Positions 9,007 to 19,133 of a stretch of 64,000 bases of DNA are shown piece after piece. How positions within the stretch are numbered: position 1 is the stretch's first letter; every line of letters starts with the position of its first letter. The stretch is from the NCBI GenBank assembly GCA_937921725.1, contig CAKZUH010000019.1, positions 976 through 64,975 on the forward strand, given 5' to 3'. Both the position numbers and the translations under genes were made by a program. Below the pieces are notes generated by a model. The model worked only from the letters and a program-made list of their open reading frames with translations, did not search any database and was not told where the DNA came from. The DNA is from an uncultured Chloroflexota bacterium. Lineage in GTDB: Bacteria; Chloroflexota; Dormibacteria; Dormibacterales; Dormibacteraceae.

Positions 9007-9780
9007 GTGTCAGGCTCCGAGCGGCCGTTCAAGGTGGGCGTGACGATTCACCCGCAGCAGTGCACTATCCAGCAGCTGCGCGACGCGTGGCGGCGAGCCG
9101 ACGACCTCGGTGTCGACAGCATCTGGTTTTGGGACCACTTCTTCCCGCTGTATGGAAATCCCGACGGCAACCAGTTCGAATGCTGGTCCTTGCTCGCCGC
9201 ATGCGCGCTCGACACGCACGCGCCGCAGATTGGGCCGATGGTCTCCTGCGCCGGCTATCGCAACCCCGACTTGATCGCCTACATGGCCGGCACGATCGAC
9301 CAACTGTCAGGCGGACGGTTCGTCCTCGGGTTGGGCGCGGGCTGGTTCGAGCGCGACTACTCCGAATACGGCTACGACTTCGGCGAGGCGCGTGACCGCG
9401 TGAGGCTCCTGAAGGAGGTGCTGCCGCGCATCAAGGGGCGCATCGCGAGGTTGAAGCCTGGCCCCGCGGGCAAGATGCCGATCCTCATCGGCGGCGGAGG
9501 CGAGCGCGTGACCCTGCGCCTGGTCGCCGAGCACGCCCAGATGTGGAACGCTCTCGGCACGCCCGGCGAGTACGCGCACAAGTCGGCGGTCCTCGACGAG
9601 TGGTGTCAACGCATCGGGCGGGATCCGAAGGAGATCGAGCGGACTGCCAACGTGCCGGCGATGAGCGAGAAGGACGTCGAGCAGTGGCTGAAGGCTGGCC
9701 TCCAGCACTTCGTCCTCCGGCTCGCCCAGCCCTTCGCGACCAAGGACCTCGAGCGGATCCTCAACCGGCGGGACGCTTGA
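9007..9780 (+). CDS. LLM-class (luciferase-like) F420-dependent oxidoreductase
   Basis: GVDSIWFWDHFFP...GRFVLGLGAGWFERDY...PILIGGGGER, typical of this family. GTG 9007 avoids overlap with the divergent GNAT gene. Confidence 0.8.
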   Translation: MSGSERPFKVGVTIHPQQCTIQQLRDAWRRADDLGVDSIWFWDHFFPLYGNPDGNQFECWSLLAACALDTHAPQIGPMVSCAGYRNPDLIAYMAGTIDQLSGGRFVLGLGAGWFERDYSEYGYDFGEARDRVRLLKEVLPRIKGRIARLKPGPAGKMPILIGGGGERVTLRLVAEHAQMWNALGTPGEYAHKSAVLDEWCQRIGRDPKEIERTANVPAMSEKDVEQWLKAGLQHFVLRLAQPFATKDLERILNRRDA

Positions 9781-9875
9781 TCTACAACGAGAACGGAGCT
9801 TATTTGTGACCCATCCACTAACTATTTATCGGGCCCCGGCATAGCATTTCGGCCACCACACCCTCTTCGCGGCGC

Positions 9876-9911
9876 GAGCCTCCTACCGCTTGGTCAGGAG
9901 GCTCGTTTTTT
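9876..9911 (+). terminator. Rho-independent terminator (bidirectional-looking)
   Basis: gagcctcct-(11 nt)-aggaggctc followed by gtttttt. A second hairpin, ggggagg-cagg-cctcccc, is at 9917..9934. Lies between convergent genes. Confidence 0.7.
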
Positions 9912-10037
9912 ACATAGGGGAGGCAGGCCTCCCCTATGAGACCCCTCCTTCCACAAGCGGCGTCCGGCGGCGTCTGGTAGTTGACGCCTTGGTGACGGCC
10001 CGAGTTAATCGGGCCTAAGTCCGCACCTCGTCTAAAT

Positions 10038-11423
10038 TCAGGCTGCTTTGACGGCGGTCACCAGCTTGTTCAGGGAGTCCTTCGCGTCGCCGAAGAACAT
10101 CACTGTGTTCGGGCCGTACATGAGCTCGTTCTCGATGCCCGCAAACCCCGGGCGCATCGAGCGCTTCATGAAGATGACGTTCTTCGCCTGGTCGGCGTTC
10201 AGGATCGGCATGCCGTAGATCGGGCTTCCCGGCGTGCTGCGGGCGGCCGGGTTGACCACGTCGTTCGCGCCCACGATCAGGGCCACGTCCGCATTCTTGA
10301 AGTCGTCGTTGACCTGGTCCATCTCCTTGAGCTGCTCGTATGGCACGTTGGCCTCGGCCAGCAGGACGTTCATGTGCCCGGGCATGCGCCCGGCGACCGG
10401 GTGGATCGCGTACTCCACGTCGACGCCTCGCTTCTCGAGCACGTCGGCCAGCTCGCGCGCCGCGTGCTGGGCCTGCGCCACCGCGAGGCCGTAGCCCGGG
10501 ACGATGATCACGCGCTGGGAGTAGGCGAGCAGGGTGCCGAGGTCCTCCGCGGACGCCGAGCGAACGCTGCGCGCTTGCCCGCCCGCGGCGGCCGTGGCCA
10601 CCGCGTGCACCTGGCCGAAGGCCCCGAAGAGCACGTTGGCGAGCGAGCGGCCCATGGCGTCGCTCATCAGCTTCGTCAGCAAGCTACCGGAGGCGCCTAC
10701 CAGCGTCCCCGCCACGATGAGCGCGAAGTTGTTCAGGGTGAAACCGCTGGCGGCCACCGCGAGGCCGGTGAACGCGTTCAGCAGCGAGATGACCACCGGC
10801 ATGTCGGCGCCGCCAATGGGCAGGACGAACGCCACGCCGAGGACTAGCGCGAGCACCATCAGAGCGACAAAGGAGAAAGGAATCGAGGCGATCGCCAGCA
10901 CGGCGACGGCAAAGCCGATCACGGAGGCTGCCAGCAGCCCGTTCACGATCTGCTGCCCGGGATAGGTGATGGGCGTGCCGGTCATCAGCTCCTGGAGCTT
11001 GGCGAACGCGACCATGCTGCCCGCGAACGAGATCGAGCCGATCGCGATGCTGAACACGCTGGGCAGGGCTTCGGACAGGGCTGGGTGCGTTCCGAACTTC
11101 AGCAGCTCGGCGACCGCGACCAGCGCCGCCGCGCCCCCGCCGACCCCGTTGAAGAGCGCGACCATCTGCGGGATCGCGGTCATGCGCACCATGCGAGCGC
11201 CGATGGTTCCGATCAGCGTTCCGATGACCACGCCGATCGCGACGATCTCCAGGCCCGCCTTCGTGAAGTGGAGCAGCGGGATGGTGGCGCCGAGGGCGAT
11301 GACCATGCCGGCCGCGGCCGTGAAATTTCCGTTGCGCGCTCCCTTCGGGGAGCTGAGCTGCTTCAGACCGAGGATGAAGAGCACCGCCGCCAGCAGATAG
11401 GCGAGCGCGATGGCGACAGTCAC
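10038..11423 (-). CDS. pntB: NAD(P) transhydrogenase subunit beta
   Basis: AYLLAAVLFILGLKQLSSP...IIVPGYGLAVAQAQH...HPVAGRMPGHMNVLLAEA are canonical PntB. GTG 11423 gives 461 aa. The upstream part of the long ORF is junk. Confidence 0.92.
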   Translation of the reverse strand: MTVAIALAYLLAAVLFILGLKQLSSPKGARNGNFTAAAGMVIALGATIPLLHFTKAGLEIVAIGVVIGTLIGTIGARMVRMTAIPQMVALFNGVGGGAAALVAVAELLKFGTHPALSEALPSVFSIAIGSISFAGSMVAFAKLQELMTGTPITYPGQQIVNGLLAASVIGFAVAVLAIASIPFSFVALMVLALVLGVAFVLPIGGADMPVVISLLNAFTGLAVAASGFTLNNFALIVAGTLVGASGSLLTKLMSDAMGRSLANVLFGAFGQVHAVATAAAGGQARSVRSASAEDLGTLLAYSQRVIIVPGYGLAVAQAQHAARELADVLEKRGVDVEYAIHPVAGRMPGHMNVLLAEANVPYEQLKEMDQVNDDFKNADVALIVGANDVVNPAARSTPGSPIYGMPILNADQAKNVIFMKRSMRPGFAGIENELMYGPNTVMFFGDAKDSLNKLVTAVKAA

Positions 11424-11598
11424 GACCCGAGCCTTCGACGAGAGATTCGGTGGCCAGGCGGCCCAGATGCTAGGCGCGGCCGAGCACCAGAGCGAGTGCA
11501 TTGGTAAATGCGGGAGCGAGGAGCGCAGGCCGCAACAACGCAGATGGGGTGCATGGGCGCCGAAGATCCGTCGACGGTCTCGGGTCGGGACTGTCTGG

Positions 11599-11919
11599 TC
11601 ACTTAGGCGCCGGCGTTGGGCTTGTTCTCTTGGCGGGCTGGCGGCCCTTGAACATCTCGAGCATCCGGTCGGTGACCACGAATCCTCCGACCACGTTGGT
11701 GGTGGCAAGCGTCACCGCGACGAGGCCGATCGCGACGTTCACCGGCGAGCTCGCGCCCGCGGCGATCAGGATCGCGCCGACCAGGATGATGCCGTGGATC
11801 GCGTTGGTGCCCGACATCAGCGGCGTGTGCAGGATCGTCGGCACCTTCGAGATGACCTCGAAGCCGACGAAGATCGCGAGCACGAAAAAGGTCAGCTCGT
11901 TGAGCAGTTCGTTGTTCAC
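11599..11919 (-). CDS. pntA: NAD(P) transhydrogenase subunit alpha part 2 (membrane)
   Basis: About 106 aa and 3 TM helices: LTFFVLAIFVGFEVISKVP..LHTPLMSGTNAIHGI. GTGA overlap with the pntAA stop. Confidence 0.88.
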   Translation of the reverse strand: MNNELLNELTFFVLAIFVGFEVISKVPTILHTPLMSGTNAIHGIILVGAILIAAGASSPVNVAIGLVAVTLATTNVVGGFVVTDRMLEMFKGRQPAKRTSPTPAPK

Positions 11920-13046
11920 GCCGCGCTGACCGTCTGCTTGGCGCGCTCGTTGACGATCTCGCCGCCGTGCGTGACGCATGCGCCCTTGGTGATCTCGTCC
12001 TGGAAGTCGATCGCCAGCACGCCGTTCTTGACGAGGTGCAGCAGCAGGTTGGCGACGTTGCGCGCGAAGAGCTGGCTCGTGGTCTGCGGCATCGTCGACG
12101 GGACGTTGCTCGCGCCGATGATCGTCACGCCGCCAACGTTCACGTCCTTGCCCGCCTGCGTGAGCTCGACGTTGCCCCCGGTCTCCGCGGCGAGGTCGAC
12201 GATCACAGAGCCTGGGCGCATGCCGCGGACCATGTCGGCGGTGACGAGCAGCGGGGCCTTGCGGCCTGGAACGGCCGCGGTGGTGATGACCACGTCCGAC
12301 TTGGCGATGTGCTCGCCGATCAGCTCGCGCTGCTTGCGCAGGAACTCTTCGGACTGCTCGCGGGCGTAACCACCCGCGCCCACCTGGGCCTCGAGCGCTA
12401 GTTCGATGAAGGTGGCGCCGAGCGATTGGACCTCCTCCTTGACCGCCGGCCGCACGTCATACGAGGTGACGACCGCGCCGAGGCGGCGGGCGGTGGCGAT
12501 CGCCTGAAGGCCGGCGACGCCGGCGCCCATGACGAGCACCCGCGCCGGGGCGACCGTGCCGGCCGCCGTCATCATCATCGGAAAGAGCTTGCCCAGCCGG
12601 TCCGCGGCCATCAGCACCGCCTTGTAGCCGGACGCCGAGGCCTGCGAGGACAACGCATCCATCGACTGCGCTCGGGAGATGCGCGGCAGCAGCTCGAGGC
12701 TGAACGCGGTGATCCCGTGCTGGGCCAATGACTTCACGACGTCGCCCTGGGTCGCGGGCTGGAGGAAGCTGATGAGCACCGAGCCTCTCTTCAGGAGGGC
12801 GATCTCGCTCTCCCGCGGAGCCTGGACTTTGAGCACGGCGTCGGCGTCGTGGAGCATCGTCCCGGCCCGGTTGGCGACGGTTGCCCCGGCCTGCTCGTAC
12901 TGCGCGTCGGTGAGAAAGGCGGCTGCCCCGGCGCCGGCCTCGACGCCGACCTGCAGGCCGGCCGCGACGAGCATCTTCGCGGTGTCGGGAACCAGCGCGA
13001 CGCGGCGCTCCCCGTGCTCGATCTCCTTTGGGACGGCCACCTTCAC
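11916..13046 (-). CDS. pntA: NAD(P) transhydrogenase subunit alpha part 1 (AlaDH/PNT domain)
   Basis: MKVAVPKEIEHGERRVALVP... with a Rossmann VLVMGAGVAGLQAI motif. Confidence 0.92.
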   Translation of the reverse strand: MKVAVPKEIEHGERRVALVPDTAKMLVAAGLQVGVEAGAGAAAFLTDAQYEQAGATVANRAGTMLHDADAVLKVQAPRESEIALLKRGSVLISFLQPATQGDVVKSLAQHGITAFSLELLPRISRAQSMDALSSQASASGYKAVLMAADRLGKLFPMMMTAAGTVAPARVLVMGAGVAGLQAIATARRLGAVVTSYDVRPAVKEEVQSLGATFIELALEAQVGAGGYAREQSEEFLRKQRELIGEHIAKSDVVITTAAVPGRKAPLLVTADMVRGMRPGSVIVDLAAETGGNVELTQAGKDVNVGGVTIIGASNVPSTMPQTTSQLFARNVANLLLHLVKNGVLAIDFQDEITKGACVTHGGEIVNERAKQTVSAA

Positions 13047-13113
13047 GTTCGTGGACTCTAAGGAATCCAGGGTTGCTGCTGCAGGCGCGTAGAATCCTTA
13101 ACTCGCCGCATAA

Positions 13114-14916
13114 GTGACCGAACCCATCGTCAACGACCTCACCATCCAGGCCGCCACCGTGAACGGATCCGGCAGTCAGACGGCGAATCTCGTTCTGACT
13201 CGAGCCATCTTCCACATGGGGATCCCGGTCGCGCCGAAAAACGTCTTTCCCTCCAACATCGAGGGCCTCCCCACCTGGTATCAGCTGCGCATCACGCCCG
13301 AGGGGCACATGGCGCGCTCCGACAAGGTCGACATCCTGGTCGCCTTCAACGCCTCGACCTGGCGTGAGGACCTGAAGACGGTCAGGCCGGGCGGCGTGGC
13401 GATCCACGAAGAGGCGTACTCGACCGCCGAGGCGCGCACCGACATCACCTACTACTCGGTGCCGTTCGCCAAGCTGGCCAAGGCGAAGATCCAGAGCGAC
13501 ACGCTGCGCAAGCAGCTCGCCAACATGATCTACGTCGGCGTGGTGGCCGGCCTGCTCGGCATCCCATGGGAGGCGCTGGAGCATGGCGTCCGGCGGCAGT
13601 TCCTGGCCAAGCCGAAGGCCGTCCTCGTGAACCTCGACGCGATCAAGGTCGGCTACGACCACTGGCAGGACAACTTCTCCAAGCAGGATCCGTATCGCCT
13701 CGAGCCGATGACCGGGGCCGTCGAAGGCAAGGTCCTGGTCGAGGGCAACCAGGCGGCGGCGATCGGCGCGCTCATGGGAGGTGTGACCGTCGTCGCGTGG
13801 TATCCGATCACTCCCTCCTCGTCCCTGTGCGAGTACCTGATCGCCTACTCGGACCGATTCCGCGAGGACCCGAAGTCCCACGAAAAGCTGATCTCGGTGG
13901 TCCAGGCGGAGGACGAGCTGGCGGCGGTTGGCATGGCGATCGGCGCCGGGTGGGCCGGCGCGCGCGCGATGACCTCGACGTCAGGTCCGGGCATCTCGTT
14001 GATGGCCGAGTTCTCCGGCCTCGCCTACTACGCCGAGGTGCCTGTGGTGATCTTCGACATCCAGCGCATCGGACCTTCGACCGGCCTTCCCACGCGCACG
14101 TCGCAGGCGGACATCGGCTTCGTCTACACGCTCTCGCACGGCGACACCAAGCACCTCGTCCTCCTCCCCGGCTCGGTCGAGGAGTGCTACGAGTTCGCGC
14201 GCGACGCCTTCGACTACGCGGACAGGTTCCAAACGCCGGTGTTCATCCTTTCCGACCTCGACCTCGGCATGAACCTATGGATGACGCCCGAGTTCAAGTA
14301 CCCCGAGAAGCCTTTCGACCGCGGCAAGGTGCTGTCGAAAGAAGACCTCGAGCGGCTCGCGGGCGAGTGGGCCCGCTACCGCGACGTGGACGGCGATGGC
14401 GTGACCTTCCGCACGCTCCCCGGCACCGATCACCCCGCAGCCGGCTACTTCACACGCGGCTCCGGGCACGACGAGTCCGCGAAGTACACGGAGGGCGCCG
14501 ACGCTTATGCGCGCAACATGGACCGCCTCGTGCGCAAGCTCGAAACGGCACGTCACGCGCTGCCCGCGCCGGTGGTCGATGAGGACGGTGCGAGCATTGG
14601 GCTCATCGCGTTCGGCTCGACTCACGCCGCGGTCGTCGAGGCGCGCGAGACCCTCGTCGCCGGGGGCAAGCCCGTCGACTACCTCCGGGTACGGGCGCTG
14701 CCACTGTCTGACGACGTAGCTGCGTTCGTGTCGCGACACGAGCACGTTTACGTGGTCGAGCAGAACCGGGACGGACAGCTCTACGACCTGATCCGTCTCG
14801 CGCTGCCGGCAAACCTCGTCGAGCGTCTCCGCTCGATCCGCCACTACAACGGTCAGCCGATCCCAGCGCCCGCCATCACAGAACCCCTTTTGCAGCTGGA
14901 GGCTGTTCCCGTATGA
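13114..14916 (+). CDS. korA: 2-oxoacid:ferredoxin oxidoreductase subunit alpha
   Basis: 600 aa with fused gamma/alpha architecture (N-terminal VNGSGSQTAN, then YPITPSS). ATGA coupling to the beta subunit. Confidence 0.9.
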   Translation: MTEPIVNDLTIQAATVNGSGSQTANLVLTRAIFHMGIPVAPKNVFPSNIEGLPTWYQLRITPEGHMARSDKVDILVAFNASTWREDLKTVRPGGVAIHEEAYSTAEARTDITYYSVPFAKLAKAKIQSDTLRKQLANMIYVGVVAGLLGIPWEALEHGVRRQFLAKPKAVLVNLDAIKVGYDHWQDNFSKQDPYRLEPMTGAVEGKVLVEGNQAAAIGALMGGVTVVAWYPITPSSSLCEYLIAYSDRFREDPKSHEKLISVVQAEDELAAVGMAIGAGWAGARAMTSTSGPGISLMAEFSGLAYYAEVPVVIFDIQRIGPSTGLPTRTSQADIGFVYTLSHGDTKHLVLLPGSVEECYEFARDAFDYADRFQTPVFILSDLDLGMNLWMTPEFKYPEKPFDRGKVLSKEDLERLAGEWARYRDVDGDGVTFRTLPGTDHPAAGYFTRGSGHDESAKYTEGADAYARNMDRLVRKLETARHALPAPVVDEDGASIGLIAFGSTHAAVVEARETLVAGGKPVDYLRVRALPLSDDVAAFVSRHEHVYVVEQNRDGQLYDLIRLALPANLVERLRSIRHYNGQPIPAPAITEPLLQLEAVPV

Positions 14917-15935
14917 GCACGACCATGAACCGCGTCGGATTGCCTCGAGATGCATATAAAGGAGCCGCGACAACCCTGTGCGCCGGCTGCGGCCACAACT
15001 CGATCACCAACCACATGATCAAGGCGCTGTACGAGCTCGGCGTCGAGCCGCACCTGCTCGCCAAGATGTCGGGCATCGGTTGCTCGTCGAAGACGCCGGC
15101 GTACTTCGTCGAGACCGCCCACGGCTTCAACGGCGTGCACGGCCGCATGCCAGCCCTGACCACCGGGGCCCACCTGGCCAACCGGCAATTGATCATGCTC
15201 GGCGTTTCGGGCGACGGCGACACGGCGTCGATCGGCCTCGGCCAGTTCATGCACATGATCCGCCGCAACGTCGACTGCACCTACATCATCGAAGACAACG
15301 GCACGTATGGCCTGACCAAGGGTCAGTTCTCGGCCACGGCGGACCTCGGCTCGGTGCAGAAGAAGGGCGCGGTCAACACCTTCCAGCCCATCGACCCCTG
15401 CGCGGTCGCGCTGGCGCTCGGCTGCTCGTTCGTCGCGCGGTCCTTCAGCGGCGACGGCAAGCAGGTCGTGCCGCTCATCAAGGCCGCGATCGCCCATCGC
15501 GGTACCGCGATCCTCGACATCATCTCGCCGTGCGTCACCTTCAATGACCACGACGGATCGACCAAGAGCTACAGCTGGGTCAAGGACCACGAGGAGTCGA
15601 TCGCCGACGTGTCGTTCATCCCGTTCTTCGAGGAGGTCCACGTCGACTACGAGCCTGGCACCGTGCGCGACGTGCAGCTCCACGATGGATCTCATATCGT
15701 GCTCAAGAAGCTCGGTGACGACCACGACCCGACCGACCGTCAGGCGGCGATCCAGGTCATCGAGGAGGCCCGCGTCGCGGGCCACCTTGTCACCGGTCTA
15801 CTGTATGTCGACACGAAGGCCGACGACTTCGCGACCACGGAGCACATCCCCGCCCGCCCGCTGAGGGACCTGGGCGAGGACGAGCTTCGCCTGACGCGCG
15901 ACGAGTTCGCCCAGTTCATGTCCGAGTTCGCCTGA
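14913..15935 (+). CDS. korB: 2-oxoacid:ferredoxin oxidoreductase subunit beta (TPP-binding)
   Basis: CAGCGH...GIGC...GDGD...IEDNGTYGLTKGQ are TPP-binding beta-subunit motifs. Confidence 0.9.
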   Translation: MSTTMNRVGLPRDAYKGAATTLCAGCGHNSITNHMIKALYELGVEPHLLAKMSGIGCSSKTPAYFVETAHGFNGVHGRMPALTTGAHLANRQLIMLGVSGDGDTASIGLGQFMHMIRRNVDCTYIIEDNGTYGLTKGQFSATADLGSVQKKGAVNTFQPIDPCAVALALGCSFVARSFSGDGKQVVPLIKAAIAHRGTAILDIISPCVTFNDHDGSTKSYSWVKDHEESIADVSFIPFFEEVHVDYEPGTVRDVQLHDGSHIVLKKLGDDHDPTDRQAAIQVIEEARVAGHLVTGLLYVDTKADDFATTEHIPARPLRDLGEDELRLTRDEFAQFMSEFA

Positions 15936-15997
15936 AAACCAAGTTCCGGCCGCCTGTTCGCGCGACGCCCGAGGAGATCCGCAAGGGCACGCGCCTG

Positions 15998-16570
15998 GTG
16001 GCACGAAAGGACCCCGCGATGGCGGCCCTGATCAAGCGGGTCGGCCCCATGAGCTTTCGCGAGCCCAGCGACGGCAGCTTCGCGGCGCTGGTGCGGTCGA
16101 TCATGTACCAGCAGCTCGCGGGAGCCGCGGCGACCGCGATCCACGGACGTTTCCTCAAGCTCTTCGCGGATGGACTCTCGCCCGCTGCTGTGCTGGCGCT
16201 CCCTGAAGGTGCGATGCGCACGGCGGGTCTCAGCGGCTCGAAGGCGGCCGCGGTCAGCGACCTCGCTCAGAAAATCGTCGATGAGACCGTTCCGCTGGAA
16301 GACGTCGAGTCGCTGTCCAACGACGACCTGGAGGCGAGGTTGGTCCAGGTGCGCGGCATCGGCCCCTGGACGGCGGAGATGTTCATGATGTTCCAGCTTC
16401 AGCGCCTCGACATCTGGCCGACAGCCGACTACGGCGTGCGCAAGGGTTGGGCGTTGGTCCATCGGAAAAAGAACCTCCCGACGCCAAAGGCGCTGGAGGC
16501 CGAGGGCGAGAAATTCCGCCCGTACCGAACGATCGCCGCCTGGTACTGCTGGCGCGCGGTCGAGATTTGA
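15998..16570 (+). CDS. DNA-3-methyladenine glycosylase II-like (HhH-GPD superfamily)
   Basis: LVQVRGIGPWTAEMFMMF (HhH-GPD) with the catalytic Asp region WPTADYGVRKG. The start may lie further upstream. Confidence 0.85.
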   Translation: MARKDPAMAALIKRVGPMSFREPSDGSFAALVRSIMYQQLAGAAATAIHGRFLKLFADGLSPAAVLALPEGAMRTAGLSGSKAAAVSDLAQKIVDETVPLEDVESLSNDDLEARLVQVRGIGPWTAEMFMMFQLQRLDIWPTADYGVRKGWALVHRKKNLPTPKALEAEGEKFRPYRTIAAWYCWRAVEI

Positions 16571-16769
16571 TGAACCAGGGTCGAGATATGAGGGAAAACC
16601 CTGATGGTTTTCCCTCATCGCGCGTGCGGCTTCGCCGCAGGCGCTGCTCCCATTCCGGTATACGGGTGGGACTTGTCTAAGGAGTCACTCGGAGCGACGT
16701 TTGGGAGTCCAAATAGACAAAGTCGCGGCCGGGGTGAACCCGGCCGCCCTGGCGACCATGGTTAAGTAA

Positions 16770-17417
16770 CTAGCGGCCGTATTTTCGGCGCAGGCGCTCT
16801 ATCGATTGGTCGGTCATCGGCGGCCATCCGTAGGCGTCGAGGAACGGGCGCGCGAATCCCTTGCCGTAGTTGTACTGCAGCGTCCACACGCCCGCGGCGA
16901 GGTCGTCTTCGGGGTTGCCCAGGCCGGCGCGCCCCACGTCGACGACCGCGCTCAGCGAGCCGTCCTGGACGAGCACGTTGGGGAGGCAGTAGTCGCCGTG
17001 GATGAGCACATTGCCTCTCTTCTTCACCCCGAACGGGCAGTCGGCGGCCTCCGTCCCGTGCAGCCCACGCAGGACCTCTCCCAGTCTCGTTGCGACGCGA
17101 GTCGCGTCCCAACCGACCGACTTGTCGTGCATCGGGACGCCGACCACCTCGCGCGTCAGCAGCCAGTCGTCGCCCGCCTCGTGGAAGAAGCCCAGCATCT
17201 CGGGCACGGGCCAATGGCCGGCCAGCCACCGTAAGCGATCGCGTTCCGCGCCCAGGTCCGCCGCTCGCTTCACGAAGATCGCGCCGCTTTCGCCTGTCAG
17301 ACGCCAGACGGTGCCGGCCCAACTCATCCAGGCGAACTCCTCGCGAAACGAGGGCGAGCCGAGGACCTGGTGCGCCGCATCGCGCAGGGTCGGCGGTAGA
17401 GGTAGCGGTGAGCTCAT
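16770..17417 (-). CDS. Aminoglycoside/phosphotransferase (APH)-family kinase, compact form
   Basis: IHGDYCLPNVL (Brenner motif) and VDVGRAGLGNPEDDLA. Shorter (215 aa) than classical APH(3'). Confidence 0.75.
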   Translation of the reverse strand: MSSPLPLPPTLRDAAHQVLGSPSFREEFAWMSWAGTVWRLTGESGAIFVKRAADLGAERDRLRWLAGHWPVPEMLGFFHEAGDDWLLTREVVGVPMHDKSVGWDATRVATRLGEVLRGLHGTEAADCPFGVKKRGNVLIHGDYCLPNVLVQDGSLSAVVDVGRAGLGNPEDDLAAGVWTLQYNYGKGFARPFLDAYGWPPMTDQSIERLRRKYGR

Positions 17418-17438
17418 AGGTACGATCTGCAGTAAAGC

Positions 17439-19133
17439 TTGATCACGCTCCCAGATTCCGCCGAAGCCTTCAAGGACGCGACCTGGGAAGAGGTCCTTCC
17501 CTATTACGAAGAGCTCGAGGCAAGACCGGTGGACCGCTCCACCGTGGAATCATGGCTGGCCGACTGGTCGCGGTTCGAGTCGCTGCTGTCGGAAGCCGGC
17601 GCGCTCGCGCACTTCGCCTACTCGACCAACACGGCCGATCCGGCGCACGAAGAGGCGGAGCTGAGGTTCGGCACCCAGATCGCGCCCAACGCGCGCGAAC
17701 ACCGGACGAGGCTGCAGGCGCGCCTGGTCGAGCTGCGTTACGTGAGGCCCGGCCTCGAGACGATGGTGAAGCGCTTTCGCAACCAGATGGAGCTCTTCAA
17801 CAAGGCCAACGTGCCGCTGTTCTCGCAGCTCGCGAAGCTCTCGACCGAGTGGTCGAAGGTCATCGGCGCGATGACGGTCGAGTGGGAGGGCGAGGAGATC
17901 ACCCCGCCGCGCGTCCAGCCCTATCTCGAGGAGAACGACCGCTCCGTGCGCGAGCGAGCGTTTCGCCTCATGTTCCAGCCCTACATCGATCAGCGCGACA
18001 CCCTGGCGGGAATTTTCGACAGGATGTACGACGTCCGGCAGCAGGTGGCACGCAATGCCGGCTTCGACAACTTTCGCGATTACACGCACCGCGAGAAAAA
18101 CCGTTTCGATTACAGCCCGGACGACTGCCTGCACTTTCACGATGGGGTCGAGACGGCGGTCAAGCCGGCGGTCGCCCGGATCATGGAGCGGCGCCGGTCG
18201 GAGATGGGCCTCGAGCGGCTCAGGCCGTGGGACGTCGCGGTCGACCCCTTGGGACGACCTGGACTGAAGCCCTTCACCGACATCGCGACCTTTATTGATC
18301 GCGCGGGTGGTGTCTTCGCGAACGTCGATCCCGACTTCCGCGGCTACTTCGAAGTAATGGCGGACGCCCACCTGCTCGACCTCGACAATCGCAAAGGCAA
18401 AGCACCCGGCGGCTACTGCCAGACGCTGGCGTTCCGCAAGATGCCCCTGATCTTCATGAACGCGGTCGGTATCGACGACGACCTTCGCGCGCTTCGGCAT
18501 GAGGCAGGCCATGCGTTCCACTCGTTCGAGGCTTCCCGGCTGCCGATCCTCTTCCAGCGTCACCCGGGCTCCGAGATGGCTGAGGTGGCGTCGATGACGA
18601 TGGAGCTCTTCACGGTGCCGTTCATCGACCAGGCACATGGCGGTTACTACACGCCGGCCGATGCGCGACGCTCAACTCGATATCTGTTCGAGGACATCGT
18701 CCTTTTCTTCGCGCACTGCGCGTCCGTCGACGCCTTCCAGCAGTGGATCTACACGACCACCGAGGGCCGAGACGCCGGCGCCCGCGACCGGAAGTGGCTC
18801 GAGCTGCGCGGGCGGTTCGAAGGCGACTCGGTCGACTGGACCGACCTCGACGCGCTGCGCGTCGCCCGATGGTATTTCCAGCCGCACATCTTCGACGTAC
18901 CGTTCTACTACATCGAGTACGGCATCGCGCAGCTCGGCGCGCTCCAGGTGTGGCGCAACAGCTTGCGCGACCGCTCGGCCGCAGTGCGCCACTACCGCGA
19001 GGCGCTCGCGCTCGGCGCCACCAAGCCGCTACCCGACCTGTTCGGGGCCGCGGGTGCGCGACTGATCTTCGATGCCGAAGGCATGGGAGAAATGATTTCC
19101 GCGGTCGAGGAGCACCTGACCGCCCTGGATTAG
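17439..19133 (+). CDS. pepF: M3-family oligoendopeptidase F
   Basis: HEAGHAFH zinc motif and 564 aa. The start is a TTG as called in the ORF track, so it is uncertain. Confidence 0.9.
   Translation: MITLPDSAEAFKDATWEEVLPYYEELEARPVDRSTVESWLADWSRFESLLSEAGALAHFAYSTNTADPAHEEAELRFGTQIAPNAREHRTRLQARLVELRYVRPGLETMVKRFRNQMELFNKANVPLFSQLAKLSTEWSKVIGAMTVEWEGEEITPPRVQPYLEENDRSVRERAFRLMFQPYIDQRDTLAGIFDRMYDVRQQVARNAGFDNFRDYTHREKNRFDYSPDDCLHFHDGVETAVKPAVARIMERRRSEMGLERLRPWDVAVDPLGRPGLKPFTDIATFIDRAGGVFANVDPDFRGYFEVMADAHLLDLDNRKGKAPGGYCQTLAFRKMPLIFMNAVGIDDDLRALRHEAGHAFHSFEASRLPILFQRHPGSEMAEVASMTMELFTVPFIDQAHGGYYTPADARRSTRYLFEDIVLFFAHCASVDAFQQWIYTTTEGRDAGARDRKWLELRGRFEGDSVDWTDLDALRVARWYFQPHIFDVPFYYIEYGIAQLGALQVWRNSLRDRSAAVRHYREALALGATKPLPDLFGAAGARLIFDAEGMGEMISAVEEHLTALD

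Noticed and set aside
12457-13881. 474-aa minus-strand ORF spanning the pntAA/korA boundary. Similar long ORFs include 136..864, the upstream part of 4908..6971, 4486..5415, 13566..14582, 14853..15785, 57877..59709 and 61655..63175.
   Set aside because: They are Arg/Gly/Pro/Ala-rich translations antisense to, or out of frame with, genes that have unmistakable family signatures. These are typical shadow ORFs of GC-rich DNA.
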